A stretch of 64,000 bases of DNA from Clostridia bacterium (GTDB lineage Bacteria; Bacillota; Clostridia; Oscillospirales; Acutalibacteraceae), in NCBI GenBank assembly GCA_017550625.1, contig JAFZOL010000039.1:23211-87210 (forward strand), written 5' to 3'. The notes beneath the pieces are model-generated. The model had not been told where the DNA came from. It did no database searches and saw only the letters and a program-made list of their open reading frames with translations. Made by a program: the position numbers and the translations under genes. The first letter of the stretch is position 1; each line of letters starts with the position of its first letter. Of the stretch, positions 46,088-54,194 are shown one piece after another.

Positions 46088-47496
46088 ACGGTTTCCTCCT
46101 TATAGAACGCTTTGAGCATCGGATACAGGGTTTTGTATTTCTCGTATTTCGCGGCGTATTGCGCGGCGAAATCGGGGTCGGGGGTTATCGTGGAACGGAC
46201 CGACGGCGTGACGGCGAAGGGAGCCCCCGCCGCCGCCGCGGCCAGCGCCGCCGCGCCGAGGGCGGGGCCTTCGGCGTCGATCACGCTGAGCTTCACGTTC
46301 AGCACATTTGATAAGATTTCCATCCACGTGCGGCTCTTCGCGCCGCCGCCGCAGACCGTGGCCTCGGTCACCTTGCCGGGGCAGAGCGCGAGGCAGTCGC
46401 GGATCGCGAACGACACGCCCTCGAACACCGCGTGGGCGAGATCGAGGCGCGTAGCGGCGTGGGTGAGCCCCAGGAACGCGCCGCGCACGTCGCCGTCGTT
46501 ATGCGGGCAGCGCTCGCCCGAGAGATAAGGCATGAAAAACACGCCGTTTTCGGGGCGGGGCGGCTGCTCCCATTCGCCGTAGTCCGCGCAGAGAATATCT
46601 TCGGTGAGCCATTTGTTCGCGGACGCCGCGGTGAGGATGCAGCCCATCAGGTGCCAGCGGCCGTTGGCGTGGCAGAACGAGTGGAGGGCGGGGTTGGCGG
46701 TGAAGACGTATTCGTCGGTCGGCAAAAAGACGGTGCCGCTGGTGCCGAGCGAGACGTTGCACTGCCCCGCCCGCACGGTGCCGGTGCCGACCGCTGCCGC
46801 GGCGTTGTCGCCCGCGCCCGCCGCCACGACGGCACTGAGGCCGAAAAGCCGGGTTACGCCGATCGCGTCGGCGCTCTCGTATACGCGCGGGAGCATCGAT
46901 TCGTCGATGCCGAGGACTTGGAGCATCGGGGCGGACCAGCGGCGGTGCGCCACGTCGAAATACAGCGTGCCCGAGGCGTCGCTCACGTCGGTGGCGAACG
47001 CACCGGTCAGCTTATAATTGATATAATCTTTGGGCAGGCAGATCTTTTCGCAGCGGGCGAAAACGTCGGGCTCGTGCTTTTTGACCCACAAAATCTTCGG
47101 GGCGGTGAAGCCCGCGAAGGCGATGTTGCCGGTCTCGCGCTGCAAAAAATCCTTGCCGATCTCTTCGTTGAGGTAACGCGTTTCGGCCTCGGTGCGCGTG
47201 TCGTTCCACAAAATCGCGGGACGCAGGACCTCGCCCTGCGCGTCGAGCATCACGAGGCCGTGCATCTGACCGCCGACGCCGATCCCCTTTACATCCGTGC
47301 GGTCGACGCCGCAGAGCAGCTTTTCCATGCCGCGGCAGACGCCCTGCCACCAGTCTTCGGGGTTCTGCTCGCTCCAGTGCGGGTGCGGGTAAGAGATCGG
47401 ATAGGCTTCGGACACGCTTTTGACGACGGCGCCGGAGGCGTCCGTCAGCGTGAGCTTCACGGCGGAGGTGCCGAGATCGATGCCGATATAATACAT
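46084..47496 (-). CDS. xylB: FGGY-family carbohydrate kinase, xylulokinase-like
   Basis: MYYIGIDLGTSAVKLTL...HWSEQNPEDWW...GAGDNAAAAVGTG...GGGAKS. ATG at 47496 is 5 nt after AGAGGTGG. Confidence 0.85.
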   Translation of the reverse strand: MYYIGIDLGTSAVKLTLTDASGAVVKSVSEAYPISYPHPHWSEQNPEDWWQGVCRGMEKLLCGVDRTDVKGIGVGGQMHGLVMLDAQGEVLRPAILWNDTRTEAETRYLNEEIGKDFLQRETGNIAFAGFTAPKILWVKKHEPDVFARCEKICLPKDYINYKLTGAFATDVSDASGTLYFDVAHRRWSAPMLQVLGIDESMLPRVYESADAIGVTRLFGLSAVVAAGAGDNAAAAVGTGTVRAGQCNVSLGTSGTVFLPTDEYVFTANPALHSFCHANGRWHLMGCILTAASANKWLTEDILCADYGEWEQPPRPENGVFFMPYLSGERCPHNDGDVRGAFLGLTHAATRLDLAHAVFEGVSFAIRDCLALCPGKVTEATVCGGGAKSRTWMEILSNVLNVKLSVIDAEGPALGAAALAAAAAGAPFAVTPSVRSTITPDPDFAAQYAAKYEKYKTLYPMLKAFYKEETV

Positions 47497-47526
47497 GGGA
47501 TCCACCTCTTGCTTCTTTCTTCTTTT

Positions 47527-47555
47527 ATCATAGTAAAAAACGCGCCGGTTTGCAA
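47527..47555 (-). promoter_or_regulatory. sigma-A-type promoter of the kinase/isomerase operon
   Basis: Minus strand TTGCAA-17 nt-TATGAT. Confidence 0.55.
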
Positions 47556-47565
47556 GAGAAAAGAT

Positions 47566-47597
47566 GAAAAAAGCCGTTCTTCCGAACGGCTTTTTTT
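47566..47597. terminator. bidirectional intrinsic terminator
   Basis: A6-AGCCGTTC-TTCC-GAACGGCT-T7. Confidence 0.8.
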
Positions 47598-47598
47598 G

Positions 47599-47679
47599 TT
47601 ATTGCTGCGCCATGACGGGCAGCCAGTTGAGGAGCAGGACGTAAAACGCCTTGATGACTGCGATCAGCCGTTCGAACAT
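47599..47679 (-). CDS. possible 26-aa hydrophobic micropeptide
   Basis: Below the ORF-track size cut-off. AAGAGG RBS, then ATG: MFERLIAVIKAFYVLLLNWLPVMAQQ. It lies between the PNPOx-like gene stop and the terminator. Confidence 0.3.
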   Translation of the reverse strand: MFERLIAVIKAFYVLLLNWLPVMAQQ

Positions 47680-47697
47680 GTTTTTCGCCTCTTTTCG

Positions 47698-48093
47698 TCA
47701 TTCCACCGTTTCGGGCGGGGCGGTGAAGGAATAGCGCGTACAGACCGGGTCCTCGAGGTACAGCACTTCAAAGAGGCCGTCGTTCGCCGCGTACATGCGC
47801 CTCAGACCCTCGTTCTGTTCGAGCATCGCCTCGCGCGCCTTGGGGCGGTCGTCGCGCCGGAGCTTCGCCGACAGGCGGATCCACGTGGTCTCGTTTTCCA
47901 TGCCGCAGATCTCGACCTCCGGGTGCGCGAGCATCTGTTTGAAGCAGGGTTTGGTGTTGTTGGTGCAGAGATAGACCTTGCCCTCATATTCCGCCGCCGC
48001 GCCGAAGGGGCGCACGCGCGGGCAGCCGGCGTCGTCGACCGTGGCGACGTAAAACACGCCGGTGCTGCGAAGGGCTTCAAGGATCGCGTTCAT
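47698..48093 (-). CDS. pyridoxamine 5'-phosphate oxidase-like FMN-binding protein
   Basis: 131 aa. FYVATVDDAGCPRVRPFG...VYLCTNNTKPCFKQM...VEICG shows the split-barrel pattern. Confidence 0.75.
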   Translation of the reverse strand: MNAILEALRSTGVFYVATVDDAGCPRVRPFGAAAEYEGKVYLCTNNTKPCFKQMLAHPEVEICGMENETTWIRLSAKLRRDDRPKAREAMLEQNEGLRRMYAANDGLFEVLYLEDPVCTRYSFTAPPETVE

Positions 48094-48117
48094 TTAATCA
48101 GCCTCCTGTTATTATGA

Positions 48118-49482
48118 TCAGTTCGTATCGTTCTGACGCTTCATGCGCCATTTGCGCAGGATGAGGGCGGGCACGATCAGCAGCACGCTGACGATCGCCG
48201 CGTAAAGGAAGATCTCGGGCACGGGCTTCGCGACCGTTTCGCCGTAGTCGTTGACGTACATGCCGAGCTCGTGCAGCCTGGAATAATGCTCGATGACCCT
48301 GGCGCCGATCCACGGGCCGATGACCATGGGCAGCAGGACGAAGAAGATCATCCGGACGCCCTGAAACGCGCCAACGCGGTCGGGCGGCGTGTTGTCGCGC
48401 ACCGCGGCGCTGATGATGATGCCGAACATCAGCATGCCGAGGCCGTAGACAGCGAGGCCCAAAGCGAACGAGAAGATGGTTTTCATCGGGTAAGCGATGG
48501 CGAAGCCCGCGATCTCGAGCACGACGGCCGGAATCAGGAACGGGTCGCGCCCCAGTTTGTCGGTCAGCCTGCCGAAGGCGATCACCGCGAGCACGAAGAG
48601 GATGAGCCCGGCGACGAGGGCGGCGAGCAGCAGCGGCTTGCCCGTAAGCACGGAAATCGCGTTATTGAAATCGAAATTGAGGCAGTGCTGGATGTAGATG
48701 AAGAGATAGGGCATGACGACCTGCTGGGCGACGCCGGCGATGCACTGGGCGGCAAGCAGGACGTAAAGGCGCTTGTTCTCTTTCACGACCGAGGGACGGA
48801 AGCCGTAGACGAGGTTTTTGAAGTAGCCGCCCTTGGTCGGTTCGAGGTTCGCGGGCTCTTTGAGCGTAAAGAGGCCGACGACGCCGCTCACGACCACGAG
48901 CGCGCCGAGGCCGATGAAGCAGGCGGGATACCCGAGCGCCGTGACGCCCGCACCGAAGCCCACCGTGACGAGAAGCGTGGCGGCGAGCGGCAGCATGGAG
49001 TTGACGCTCTCGACCGAGCCGCGGTTCGTTTCGTCCGTGGAGTCGGTCAGCCACGCGTTGAACGCGGCGTCGTTGCAGGTGGAGCCCATGAAGGTCATCA
49101 CGCAGTCCATCACGATCACGAGGGTCACCGTGACCGCCGCCACGCCTGCGGCGCCGAGCGACGGCAAAATTTTCATCACGTTTTCACGCGAGATGAACGC
49201 GAAGGCTGTGACCGTGACGCCCCACAGGATGTAGCCGATGCTGATCAGGGGCTTGCGCCGCCCGAGGCGGTCGCTGAGCGCGCCCATCACGAAGGTGGTG
49301 AGCACGGCGGTGACGGCGCTCGCCGCGACCATCGCGTTGATGTCGTTCGGGGTGCCGCCGATGTAATTGTAGAGGAACGTGTTGAAATACATGTTCTCCA
49401 CGTTCCACGCGAGCTGGCCCATGAACCCGAACAGAATCAGGTTGAACCAGACGCGTTTCGTCAGCTTCGTTCGTTCCATCAT
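48118..49482 (-). CDS. MFS/GPH-type transporter
   Basis: About 12 TM helices. The loop motif GALSDRLGRRKP is typical of MFS. Confidence 0.8.
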   Translation of the reverse strand: MMERTKLTKRVWFNLILFGFMGQLAWNVENMYFNTFLYNYIGGTPNDINAMVAASAVTAVLTTFVMGALSDRLGRRKPLISIGYILWGVTVTAFAFISRENVMKILPSLGAAGVAAVTVTLVIVMDCVMTFMGSTCNDAAFNAWLTDSTDETNRGSVESVNSMLPLAATLLVTVGFGAGVTALGYPACFIGLGALVVVSGVVGLFTLKEPANLEPTKGGYFKNLVYGFRPSVVKENKRLYVLLAAQCIAGVAQQVVMPYLFIYIQHCLNFDFNNAISVLTGKPLLLAALVAGLILFVLAVIAFGRLTDKLGRDPFLIPAVVLEIAGFAIAYPMKTIFSFALGLAVYGLGMLMFGIIISAAVRDNTPPDRVGAFQGVRMIFFVLLPMVIGPWIGARVIEHYSRLHELGMYVNDYGETVAKPVPEIFLYAAIVSVLLIVPALILRKWRMKRQNDTN

Positions 49483-49503
49483 ATATCCTCCGTTTCAGAG
49501 AGT

Positions 49504-51240
49504 TCAGCCGAGCGACGCGGCCATGTCGGCGAAGCGCGCCAAAAGCTCTTTTTCGCGCGGTTCGTCGTTTTCGGTCACGTCGACCAGCGCCTCGGCCTCG
49601 TGATACAGGGTTTCCTGCCCGGGCGTGAGCGTGTGCCCGTCGAGGAGATACGCGCGCACCTTCGGCAGGTCGCGGCGCAGCAGGTCCTTGAGGTTCCTGG
49701 CGCCGTTGAACTGCGGGAAATAGGGCGTTTTCGCGGGGTCGGCGCAGTCGGATACCGTTTCGATCTGCCCGAGCGCGAGGCGCAGCGCGAGGCGCAGCAC
49801 GGTGTTGTTATATTCGAGCTCGTGCTTCTGCCGCAGGAAGAACCACGAGCGGTCGGCGAAGGGGGCGTCGGTGAGGTCGAGGGAGCCATCCGGCGAGAGG
49901 ACCCTGCCGGGGGCTGGTTCGTGGCGCTGCCCGGGTGGGACGGCCGTCACGCCCGGGGAGGTGGACGAGATCTCGATGAGCTCGTCGCTGTTGGCGGTAT
50001 CGGCCCCGCGCAGGAGCCCCAGAATGCCGCGGTTCGGCGACGCCTCGCCGTAACGAAGGCCGTAGCCGGAGATGAAGCTGAGCCCCACGCCGGAGGCCTG
50101 CTGCGCCTCGAGACGGGCGATCACGCTCTCCTCGGCGGCGGCGTAGGCGTCGGCCTCGGCGCGCGCGTTGGCGATTTCGATCCGCTCGCGGATCGCCCGG
50201 TATTTTTCGGGCGGCAGGAGCGCCAGGAGCGACGGGGCGGGGAAAATGATCTCGCGCACGAAGGCGTGAAGCACCGCGCCGAGCATACCCGAGAGGGCGT
50301 CGGCGGAGAAGATTTTCAGAAGCGGGCGCGCGCGCTCTTCGGCGTTTTTGCCGAACATCTGGCCGATAAGCCCGTGCTCGATCAGGTCGCCCGGTTCGGC
50401 GATGAACGCGCGGTCGACGAGCGACGCCATCACCCCCGTGCCGCGCCAGCAGCCCACGATGCTGACCACACGCCGCACGTGGTGGTCGGCGGGATCGGGA
50501 TACCGCGCGAGATACGCGCTCACGACGCTGGCGCCCATGCTCATCGGCACGAGCACGACCTTGTCCGCGCCCACGGTGTTCTCTTTGAGCGCGGTCTCGA
50601 TGAAGGCGTGCAGCTCTTCGACGTTGCGCGAAGTGAAGGTGCAGGGGCGGTAATTGAAGCAGTAGAGATAGTCTTCGTAGGCTTTGCCGAGGGCCTCTTC
50701 GGCGGCGTCCTCGCAGGGGACGGAGCGGTAGAAGCGCCATTTGGCGCGGCTGAAAACCTGCCCGTCGGCGCGTTTTGCCGCGGGATAGCGCGAGAACGGC
50801 ACGGGATAGCGCGGCGTGATCACGCGCGGGTCGGCGTCGCCGTTGGCGTCGATGCGGTTGAGCGCGAAGAACGCGCGCACGAGCCCGCCAGCGGTTTTGT
50901 CGGAGAGGCGGTTTTTCTTCGTCAGCGCGCTCCCGACGAGCGAGACCGCCGCCCCGGCGAGGGCGCGGCGGCCGGCGTGCGTGCGAAGGCCCTCTTTCGC
51001 GTTGAAGGCGAAGAGGTTCCACGACGAGAGCTCTTTTTCTTCTTCCACGAGGGGGGCGTAGTTCTCGTAATCGCCGAGAGCCCCGCGTTTGAACGCGCCG
51101 GGGCGCAGGAGCTTTTTCGGGAACAGATAGGAAAAGGACTGCCCGATGCCGGTGACGAAGACGATGAGGCTCGGGGTATCCTCGGTGAACGCGTGATTGC
51201 GCGCGTCGGCGGGGCGCGGGGATCCGGTCGTGTCAGCCAT
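49504..51240 (-). CDS. alpha/beta-hydrolase (lipase/LCAT-like) protein
   Basis: 578 aa. IVFVTGIGQS and a nucleophile-elbow-like VLVPMSMGASV. No signal peptide. Confidence 0.55.
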   Translation of the reverse strand: MADTTGSPRPADARNHAFTEDTPSLIVFVTGIGQSFSYLFPKKLLRPGAFKRGALGDYENYAPLVEEEKELSSWNLFAFNAKEGLRTHAGRRALAGAAVSLVGSALTKKNRLSDKTAGGLVRAFFALNRIDANGDADPRVITPRYPVPFSRYPAAKRADGQVFSRAKWRFYRSVPCEDAAEEALGKAYEDYLYCFNYRPCTFTSRNVEELHAFIETALKENTVGADKVVLVPMSMGASVVSAYLARYPDPADHHVRRVVSIVGCWRGTGVMASLVDRAFIAEPGDLIEHGLIGQMFGKNAEERARPLLKIFSADALSGMLGAVLHAFVREIIFPAPSLLALLPPEKYRAIRERIEIANARAEADAYAAAEESVIARLEAQQASGVGLSFISGYGLRYGEASPNRGILGLLRGADTANSDELIEISSTSPGVTAVPPGQRHEPAPGRVLSPDGSLDLTDAPFADRSWFFLRQKHELEYNNTVLRLALRLALGQIETVSDCADPAKTPYFPQFNGARNLKDLLRRDLPKVRAYLLDGHTLTPGQETLYHEAEALVDVTENDEPREKELLARFADMAASLG

Positions 51241-51273
51241 AAGGGTGTTTCCTTTCGGGTTATTCGCGGGGGA

Positions 51274-52419
51274 TCAGCGGCGTTTCGCCGCCTTTATAAG
51301 CGCCGCCGCGCCACCGAGGGCGCCGGCGATCGCGAGAGAGCTGAGGGTCATGTATTTCGGTTTGGCGCACTCGTCCGCGTCCCACAGGTACCGGGCGCGG
51401 GCGAGGGGGCTTTTTCCGCAGAGGTCGTCGTAGGTATACCACGCCGTGTCGAAGGCGTCGGCATCCTGCCGCAGGGTGAAAAGTCGCACGCCCCTGAGGC
51501 GGCTGCCGTAGCAGCGGAAGGAGGCGGCGGCGCTTTGGATGAAGCGCACGCCCTCATACTCGCCGTCGAAGCAGTTGCGATGGTCGTGGCCCGACACGAC
51601 GGCGCGCACGTCGTTTTTCGCGCGGATCATATCGAACAGGCCGTGGTCGTCGGTGCAGGGAGAGATCGCCTCGCCGAGCGTGCCCGTGGCCTTGCTTTCG
51701 TCCAGCCGGACGAAGCCGCCGCCGTCTTTGATCGCGCCGGGGTCGGTCTCTTCGCAGGGCACGGTGAGGCCCCGCATGGCGGGCAGCGGGACGTGCAGGA
51801 ACATGAGCGAAGGCACGTTCTCGCCGCCGTTCGCGGCTTTTAGTTCGCCGGTCACGCGGGCATACCAGTCGACGGTCGCCTGTTTTATCTCCCAATGCTG
51901 GCCCGTTTCGTCGTTCCACGCGCTGTCGAGCAGCCAGAGGTTCCACGCCGTTCTGCCGTCGGCGGTGACGAGCGGGATGTTATACGTATCTTCGTCGACG
52001 GACGGATCGGTTTCGTTCATCGGCAGGCAGGAGGCGTAGGCGCGGTACAGGGCGAACTGCTCTTCGCGCGGGACGTCGTTCATGTCGTCGTGGTTGCCGT
52101 AGATCATCGCGAACGGGATATGCCGTTCGTCCGCCTGCCGCAGGATGTGCGCGAGCGAGCGGCGCATCTGCCGCAGCGTGAACGCGGGGCGGCCGATGTC
52201 GGTGATCCGCATGGGGCCGACGTCGAGCAGGTGGTTGCCGAGCGTGCTGTCGCCGGTAAACAGGATGAGATCGGGATCGAGCGTATCGTAGGCCGCGGCG
52301 AGCATGCGGAGCATCGAGCGGCGCGGATGCACAAGGTCCTGCGGGTCGCTGACCTGCAGGACGCGGAACGTGCCGTCGGGGCGGAAGCGCATCTCATTGG
52401 GGTTTTTCAACGGCGTCAC
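51274..52419 (-). CDS. calcineurin-like metallophosphoesterase with C-terminal hydrophobic tail
   Basis: VLQVSDPQD, LFTGDS, IYGNHDD, FLHVPL, VSGHDHRN motifs. The tail is LSSLAIAGALGGAAALIKAAKRR. Confidence 0.8.
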   Translation of the reverse strand: MTPLKNPNEMRFRPDGTFRVLQVSDPQDLVHPRRSMLRMLAAAYDTLDPDLILFTGDSTLGNHLLDVGPMRITDIGRPAFTLRQMRRSLAHILRQADERHIPFAMIYGNHDDMNDVPREEQFALYRAYASCLPMNETDPSVDEDTYNIPLVTADGRTAWNLWLLDSAWNDETGQHWEIKQATVDWYARVTGELKAANGGENVPSLMFLHVPLPAMRGLTVPCEETDPGAIKDGGGFVRLDESKATGTLGEAISPCTDDHGLFDMIRAKNDVRAVVSGHDHRNCFDGEYEGVRFIQSAAASFRCYGSRLRGVRLFTLRQDADAFDTAWYTYDDLCGKSPLARARYLWDADECAKPKYMTLSSLAIAGALGGAAALIKAAKRR

Positions 52420-53984
52420 TCCCCTGCTCTTTCTTCGTCCGCTTTGCGCGTGATCTCAACGGCGGCCGCGGCGCGGCGCTCGTTGAGCTCTTTGTACATC
52501 CGGTCGCGCTCGTCCTTGTCGATCTTGAACCAGAACATCGGGACCATGCTCGAAAGCACGAGGAAGGCCGGGATGATCGTGGCCATGGCGAAGATCCAAC
52601 GCTGCGCGCGCTCGGGCTGCTGACGCCCCTCGGTGTAGGCGGTCTGGTCGTAGCCGACCCAATCTTTATACCGCGGCTGCAAGACGCCGTTGATGCGCGA
52701 CGGGATCTTGGTGATGAAGGCGCTGGCGGCGGAAAGCGTAGCTTCGTTGCGGCAGCCGCACTTCCATTCGAGATAGTCGTTGCACTCGTTGCGGATCTCG
52801 TTGTTCGAAACGCTCTTCACGCCCCAGAAGGTGGCGTAGATGATCTCCCACACCGCGGTGACGGGCAGCATGGCCCAACGGTCCTTGAACAGGCGCTCGC
52901 CCTTTTTGTTTTTCAGGAACATGCCGTAGAAGAACAGCGGGATGTAGAAGCTCTTGGCGAAGACCTGGCTGACCATATAGAGCGTGCGCGTGGAGAAGCG
53001 CGCGGCGAGTTTGTTGTAATTCGCGAAGCCGATGGGCTGGAAGAAGAACGACGGGATGCCCGCGATCGTCTCAAACGTGGTCCAGTTGAGCACCTGGCGG
53101 TAATAGTCGTTCGTGGTAAGGCCCGTGCCGAACGAGCCGAGGGCGTTCGAGAGCATGTAGATGAGCACCGGGCGGTTCGTGAGCACGATGCGCATGCTGT
53201 CACGAAGGCGCGGGCGCTCGATCTTCTGCTGCACGCGCTCTTTCGCGATGGTGGAATACCACACGAACACGAGGCCCGACGTGAGCGCCGTGACCGGGCC
53301 TACGACCATCAGCGAGCGGCGGATCATCACGTGCGTGCCCTTTTCGGCGGTCTTGACGATGCCGTTTTTGATGAAGTCGAGCAAAAACTCCACGAGGATG
53401 TCGGGCAGACGGGAATAGATGATGCTGAAATAGCTCGACATCGCGAGCAGGCGCCGTCGGTCGGACGGATAGGGCGTGATCGTGGAGAGATAGCCGTCGA
53501 TCGCCACGTTGCGGATATTGCCGAAGAACTCAAGCGACATGTCGATGAGGGCGAACGCAAAGAACTTGGGCAGATAGGATTTGTCGTCCACGTGCGCCTG
53601 CGAGAAGAACAGCGGCAGCAGCCAGTAGAGCGTGGACAGCAGCGAGAACGCGAGCCCGCCGCCGAGCAGGTGCGGCACGAACTTGCCCCAGCGCGTACGC
53701 GTTTTTTCGATGATGCCGCCCACGAGGAAATCGTCCACGATATCCCAGATGCCGGCGAAGAAATTATAGCGGGACTGGAGCGGCAGGCTGATCTTCAGGA
53801 TGCTGTCGTTGAACAGCTCCTTATGCCCGTCGATATTGAAATTGCGGCTGCCGTCGAAGAACATATAGCCGACCGTCTGCTTGCCGCTGAGCACGCGGCG
53901 GTCCTCACCCGCAAGTTTGGCGAGCTTCGCGCTGAGATCTTCCTGTTCGGAGCCCTCGGACGCGATATGATTGAGTTCGTCCAC
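52416..53984 (-). CDS. GPH-family (glycoside-pentoside-hexuronide-like) transporter
   Basis: GTG at 53984 is 8 nt after AAAGGAGG; the track extension to 54089 contains the promoter. WDIVDDFLVGGIIEKTRTRWGKFVP is the GPH loop-2/3 signature. About 12 TM helices. The stop overlaps the next gene (4 nt). Confidence 0.78.
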   Translation of the reverse strand: MDELNHIASEGSEQEDLSAKLAKLAGEDRRVLSGKQTVGYMFFDGSRNFNIDGHKELFNDSILKISLPLQSRYNFFAGIWDIVDDFLVGGIIEKTRTRWGKFVPHLLGGGLAFSLLSTLYWLLPLFFSQAHVDDKSYLPKFFAFALIDMSLEFFGNIRNVAIDGYLSTITPYPSDRRRLLAMSSYFSIIYSRLPDILVEFLLDFIKNGIVKTAEKGTHVMIRRSLMVVGPVTALTSGLVFVWYSTIAKERVQQKIERPRLRDSMRIVLTNRPVLIYMLSNALGSFGTGLTTNDYYRQVLNWTTFETIAGIPSFFFQPIGFANYNKLAARFSTRTLYMVSQVFAKSFYIPLFFYGMFLKNKKGERLFKDRWAMLPVTAVWEIIYATFWGVKSVSNNEIRNECNDYLEWKCGCRNEATLSAASAFITKIPSRINGVLQPRYKDWVGYDQTAYTEGRQQPERAQRWIFAMATIIPAFLVLSSMVPMFWFKIDKDERDRMYKELNERRAAAAVEITRKADEERAGE

Positions 53985-54021
53985 GAGAGCGCCTCCTTTC
54001 GGTAATAAAAATCCATAATTG

Positions 54022-54050
54022 ATTATAGCAGAACGCACAGCCCCGCGCAA
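54022..54050 (-). promoter_or_regulatory. sigma-A-type promoter of the transporter/phosphoesterase/hydrolase operon
   Basis: Minus strand TTGCGC-17 nt-TATAAT. Confidence 0.55.
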
Positions 54051-54145
54051 GAGGCAGAGCGCATCGGGCGGAAGACTGTCATTTCGCACAAAAAAGAGTG
54101 CCGGAATCTGTGAAGAACTACAGACGCTCCCCTCCCCGCGCCAAT

Positions 54146-54174
54146 GAAAAAGCCGGACGGGAGATCCGTCCGGC
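54146..54174 (-). terminator. intrinsic terminator after the S8 protease gene
   Basis: Minus strand GCCGGACGG-AUCUC-CCGUCCGGC followed by UUUUUC. Confidence 0.8.
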
Positions 54175-54194
54175 GCGTATGGAGTCCGGCCCGA

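Noticed and set aside
44090-46105. 671-aa plus-strand ORF, with similar ones at 7106..9097, 30560..32521, 46432..48117, 57534..59093 and 42385..43542
   Set aside because: All are out-of-frame or antisense overlaps of genes with strong homology-type motifs, and all show Arg/Gly/Ala/Asp-rich spurious composition.
48271-51843. 1190-aa plus-strand ORF
   Set aside because: It lies antisense to four well-supported minus-strand genes (MFS transporter, hydrolase, phosphoesterase). Its composition (Arg/Gly/Ala/Asp/His/Val runs) is typical of spurious frames in high-GC DNA, with no RBS or motifs.
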